In this document: positions 59,677-64,000 of the stretch, in pieces | Position numbering within the stretch: the first letter of the stretch is position 1 | How the letters are laid out: every line of letters begins with the position of its first letter | Assembly (NCBI GenBank): GCA_965248755.1 | Contig: OZ252149.1 | Coordinates: 4,160,001-4,224,000 of the forward strand | Direction: 5' to 3' | Source of the DNA: Candidatus Latescibacterota bacterium | Lineage (GTDB): Bacteria; Latescibacterota; CBDEFO01 | Length of the DNA stretch: 64,000 bases | Translations under genes and position numbers: made by a program | Notes under the pieces: model-generated | Databases searched by the model: none | What the model was told of the DNA's origin: nothing | Seen by the model: only the letters and a program-made list of their open reading frames with translations

Positions 59677-62392
59677 CTATTTCACTAATACTAGCTTCCT
59701 TGTCTTCACAAATCCATCTGTTTCCATCCGATACAGATAGACTCCGCTGGCAAGGCTCTTTTGATTGTCATCTTTGCCGTCCCAGACTACCAAGTAGCTA
59801 CCATCTGATCTGTGACCATCCACCAGTGTCGCTAACTTCTGCCCCATGAGATTGAACACAGATAGCTTAACGTGGCCTCCAACAGGATGATCGAAACGGA
59901 TCACTGTCTGGGGGTTAAACGGATTGGGAAAGTTCTGCTCCAGGGTAAATCCTTGTGGGCGTCCGGCGATGTGCTCTTCCAGCACGGCGGTGATCGCTCT
60001 AGCGGTGACCAGGCGTATATCATCGAGAAAGAAGGTACCTTCCAGATTCCCAAAAAAACCGATACCCTCGATCGGCTCGGTCAGTTCAAGCGCTTCCAGA
60101 CCAATCTCCACCTCCTGCCAGTCCTTCAGATCCAGATCCACTATATCTTCTTCCAGTAACTCCACGATATTGGGAGTACCTGCACTACGAAAGTCCACAT
60201 TAAAAAGCGCTTCTCCTTCAGAAGGTCGGATCGCATCTCCTGGATGAAAGGAAAAACTTAGAGATTTATAAGACAGAGGATCTACAGGATCGGCCAGCAG
60301 ATATATAAAAGCAAAACCTTCTCCCGGCGGGCCCCCGACCGGTGAAGGCCCGCTCTCCACTGCCAGGGCAAACTGTCCCTGGTGGACTACGGTATCTTCC
60401 TGGAAGTCCAGCTTCCCCTGGAAGGCTTGCACCTGCCCAATGTCCGCCAGTGCATCTGCGAAGATTACCAGATCCTCGGTCGGCAACCCGACCGGTACGC
60501 GGATGCCCTTAGACAAATTCGTCCAATAGGGTCCCAGCAAAGTGGCCTGTTCAATCAGGATCGATACAATCTTTAAGCCAGTGAGATCTCCCACCGCAAG
60601 GATCACCGGTTCCAGCCGGTAGGTGCCATCCCCCCTGTTCATAAGAGGCACCGCCTCAGGTCCACCGAGACCGCTCAGATCCGCTGTGACCCGGGTGATC
60701 TGGGCCCCCGCTTCAAAGAGGGCCGGCCGTACCGTGGCGATTAAATCGATTGTCTCGCCAACAAGCACGGAATCGGGGAAATTGTTTTCCCAGACCGCGG
60801 GGTGGACAACGTGGTAGTCCTCCCGTCCCTCGAAGACGCGGATCTTCTGATCCGCCGGAACATCGCTCAAAACATCCACCACCCCAGAAGGCCAGTGGAT
60901 CTCCAGTTGATCTACCTGGGTGTGCGCTCCCAGACCGAAATGCACTACTATCTCCTCCTGGGTGAAGCCGTTGCCCCCGAAGATATCCCGCGTCTGTTGC
61001 AGATTTCCAGATGTGGCCACCAGCCGCGCGCCGATGCCGTTGCGATTGCTCTGAATGCCCACCAACTCCACCCGCAGATAGTGGTTGTCGTTGCCGTTGT
61101 TGCGGTACAACGCCGGATCGGAGGAGGTGAATTCTCCTGGGACACCGCTGCCCGATACCCACACATCCAGGAAGCCATCTCCGTCGAAGTCAGCGAACGA
61201 GAAAAAGCCCGCTGAGTTTATTCCCAACCGGCTTGTCTGCTCCACGAAGGTCCCATCCCCGTTGTTTTCAAAGAGCCGAATGAAGGGAGCCCCGATCAGC
61301 AGATCCAGCTCCCCATCGTTATCGATATCCACCAGGGTGGCTATCGCATTTTCCGACAGATATGTGGGCGGCACTTCATACAATATGGATAATCCCGCTT
61401 CATTGGCAACGTTTGCGAAACGGCCCTCTCCCAGGTTTGAGAACAAAAAAGAGGGAGACGGTGTAGTACCGCCAGCCACGCCGCCGCCGCCGGCCTGGAA
61501 AATATCCAGATCCCCGTCGTTGTCGATGTCCCCCACGGTCACCCCGAAGACTTTGCCAGAATCCTCGATCGCCGGCGTGGTAGCATCCCGGAACCCGCCT
61601 TGACCATCGCTCAGAAAGAGGCGGTTGGGCGCATTCCAGACGCCTAAGTAGAGATCTGGCCAGCCGTCGTTGTCGAAATCACCGGCCCCTATCCCGTGGA
61701 CGCTCCCCCCCCCCGGTTGGGTGTAACTGCAGATCCAGGCCAGCTTGCTCGGTCACGTCTGTGAAGGTGCCATCCCCATTGTTGCGGTGGAGTTTGTTGC
61801 GGAGCTCCGGATCGTCCTCCGAACCACCAATTGAGCTCGGCAGAAACCAGTGTCCCACGTAGAGGTCCAGGTGCCCATCCCGGTTATAGTCCAGCCAGAT
61901 GGCGTTGTCCGTGGGCAGGATATCCACCAGGCCTGCCTCCTGGGTTACGCCCCGGAACACTCCTTGGTTGTTGCGCAGAAGCGCATCCTGTCTGCGCTCG
62001 AATACATGTCCGACTGGCAGGTAAAGATCCAGATCGCCGTCGTTATCGTAGTCCCCGAAGACCGATCCTCCGCCTTTCAGTCCTGAGGGTATATCTGCTC
62101 GTATGGCAGCAGTTCGATCCGTAAACCGGCCATTGCCCTCGTTGTACAGCAGCCTTAACCCAGCCCCCCCAAACGCCGCGATAAACAGGTCAGATCGGCC
62201 ATCGTTATTGTAATCTCCAAAGGCAATACTCCCGGCGTCGGGCCGCACACCCGGCAGCGGCCTTCCGATAATTCCTTCGGTCACATCCGTAAAGAAAGTC
62301 TGTGCAGCAATCGGGTCAGCCAAAAGAATGCTAAAGCAGAAGAGAGCATTCCACAATATAAATAACCCCAAGCGAGCTGGTGTACCAATCAT
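59677..62392 (-). pseudogene. FG-GAP/ASPIC-UnbV (CRTAC1-like) surface protein with FlgD-Ig CTD, frameshifted at a G10 tract (61705-61714)
   Basis: GDYNNDG..DL repeats, SNRNGIGAR, HFGLG and LEQNFPNPFNP; removing one G joins the two ORFs. Confidence 0.88.
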
Positions 62393-62507
62393 CTCTTACC
62401 TCCCGGTCAATATTAAGAGGACTCCCATACATGGAAGACCCAAAGTTGTATTATGAAGTCTTAATTTAGCATACATTTCCCATTTGACTTCTAGACGGGG
62501 AGAATCC

Positions 62508-62580
62508 CCCTAACGACCAAGCTCACCTGCCCCTATGAAGCACAGCGGAATAGCAGTCGGGTGCAGCTGCTTTGTTAGGT
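62508..62580 (-). mobile_element. Integron attC recombination site
   Basis: ACCTAAC-AAAGCAGCTGCACCCGAC...GCAGGTGAGCTTGGTC-GTTAGGG: R'' RYYYAAC, paired L boxes, GTT R' box. Confidence 0.75.
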
Positions 62581-62860
62581 TTTGTTATTTCGACATTCCC
62601 CATATCACATACATGAGGGATTATATTTCGATACAATCTTGTTTGTGAATGAATATTAACTTGTATTTCATTCCATTACTTAACTCTATCTTGGCGTTGC
62701 TACTCGTACTCGGTAGTGTCGAACAATCAGGAAAATGATATAAATGGGTAGATCAATTTGGTGGTAAGATACAAAATTAGACAGTGGATGTCAATAGGAA
62801 TTGTGGGGCAGAAAGTCAGACTAAGAAACGCCAACGCTCCGCAACCGACTGCAAAAAATG

Positions 62861-63331
62861 TTAGGTGGAATTGTCTCTAACAGGTTGCTTAATATCAGAT
62901 GTCTTACCGAGAAGGTCAAGGCTCCACAACCCGCTCCCGATCCATATGAGATAGAGGCACAGGGCAATGGTAATGGCCGGGATGATCGGCTTTTCTGGCT
63001 GCAAAGGGAACAGCCTGGGATCATCCACGACTAAGTGGACGTAGGTCGCAACCACCATCATCACAATCGCAGGGAGGATGGCCAGACGCGACAGAAACCC
63101 CAAGATGAAGAGTGCTCCGACGACAATCTCAACCGCCGGCACAACCCACATATTGAGCGAGTGGAACGGGATACCAGCTGCAGTTAGCTGGCCGGAAAAC
63201 GCGGAACGGAGATCGGAAACGGCGAACTTCATAACGCCTGACGACAGGAATAGTAGCCCCAGAAGGATACGGATTACGGCGGCGGAATAGCTGGCCCGCG
63301 TTTGACGCAACTTGGTCAACGTCTCGTTCAT
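62861..63331 (-). CDS. DoxX family membrane protein
   Basis: RILLGLLFL..G..KF, EIVVG.L...G..SR and GSG.WSLD motifs. Confidence 0.9.
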   Translation of the reverse strand: MNETLTKLRQTRASYSAAVIRILLGLLFLSSGVMKFAVSDLRSAFSGQLTAAGIPFHSLNMWVVPAVEIVVGALFILGFLSRLAILPAIVMMVVATYVHLVVDDPRLFPLQPEKPIIPAITIALCLYLIWIGSGLWSLDLLGKTSDIKQPVRDNST

Positions 63332-63506
63332 CTTGTGCTCCTTATCGTCTTTACTTTCTGTAGAGAGAAAATATGTAACAAGATAAAAGTTGTCACGACA
63401 TAAGGTGGAATCAGGTCAAACATTTAGATAGTGGAAGTCAATGAAAATAGGGCAGTTTTTGCCCTCAACAAATCAATACTATTGATAGTGGAGATGGCAA
63501 TATCTC

Positions 63507-63965
63507 TCAGTTCTTTACTTCGGGTTCCCAGTCTTCTAGCCCGTGCAACGCACGAACGTCCGGCACGACACCCTCTTCAAACGTGCGCAGGGGCACGAAT
63601 TTTAGATCGTTCCAGCGGGCAATGCCGAGCTCGATGGAAAACTCTTCCAGCTTATGAGGCTCTTTGGTCTCGACAGCCCAGAGGAAAGTGTGTTCGAGAC
63701 CGGAATGATATCGGTCCAAAATAGCAGTGACTCCATACTTCTCCATCAACGGTCGGAGGTCCATCGCGTTGGCTGCGATTACCTCTTTAGCCGTCTCGCG
63801 ATTGTTGACTGGGCAGTCGTGCCGGTTGTGCGCACCGTAGATTCCCCACAAAGTTGGTTCCGCCGAGGCGCTTCCAGCAAAGAACGATACCGATGCGATA
63901 ATCGATGCATAGACGAGATGCTTCACTCTCATTACTGGTCTCCTTACTGTTTTAAGGCTTCTCAT
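63507..63965 (-). CDS. Hypothetical exported protein (start probably about 63932)
   Basis: Signal peptide ending ASA; HNRHDCP motif; intact ORF. Confidence 0.7.
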   Translation of the reverse strand: MRSLKTVRRPVMRVKHLVYASIIASVSFFAGSASAEPTLWGIYGAHNRHDCPVNNRETAKEVIAANAMDLRPLMEKYGVTAILDRYHSGLEHTFLWAVETKEPHKLEEFSIELGIARWNDLKFVPLRTFEEGVVPDVRALHGLEDWEPEVKN

Positions 63966-64000
63966 GCCAGATCTTCCAGACCTAAAACTTGTTACCCGCC

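Overview
64-kb bacterial chromosomal window. FlgD-Ig/'NPFNP' C-terminal sorting domains and an FG-GAP/ASPIC protein suggest an FCB-superphylum organism such as Latescibacterota (inference only). Housekeeping and metabolic genes include uvrD/pcrA, sat-DUF2061-cysH, purL, icd, degP, tRNA-Asp, an orphan sigma54-driven fliC-fliS pair, a CoxMSL-type Mo-hydroxylase with MoaD and a lactonase, and several SDRs. These are interleaved with many decayed remnants: a duplicated two-component locus, P4-type primase/ori and phage-Rep fragments, a tRNA-Thr-like att site, an integron attC, and nonsense or frameshifted genes. Several families of short palindromic repeats are present, two of them inserted in-frame in protein genes. 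The best candidate for an undescribed system is the 8-gene operon at 47.8-59.0 kb. It encodes TolC, two C-terminally anchored Ig/NEW3 proteins with N-terminal MFP-like hairpins, two HEAT-TPR-CBM9 lipoproteins, two ABC-2 permeases and one ATPase, i.e. a putative tripartite exporter with no canonical HlyD adaptor. All calls were made by eye; no searches were run.
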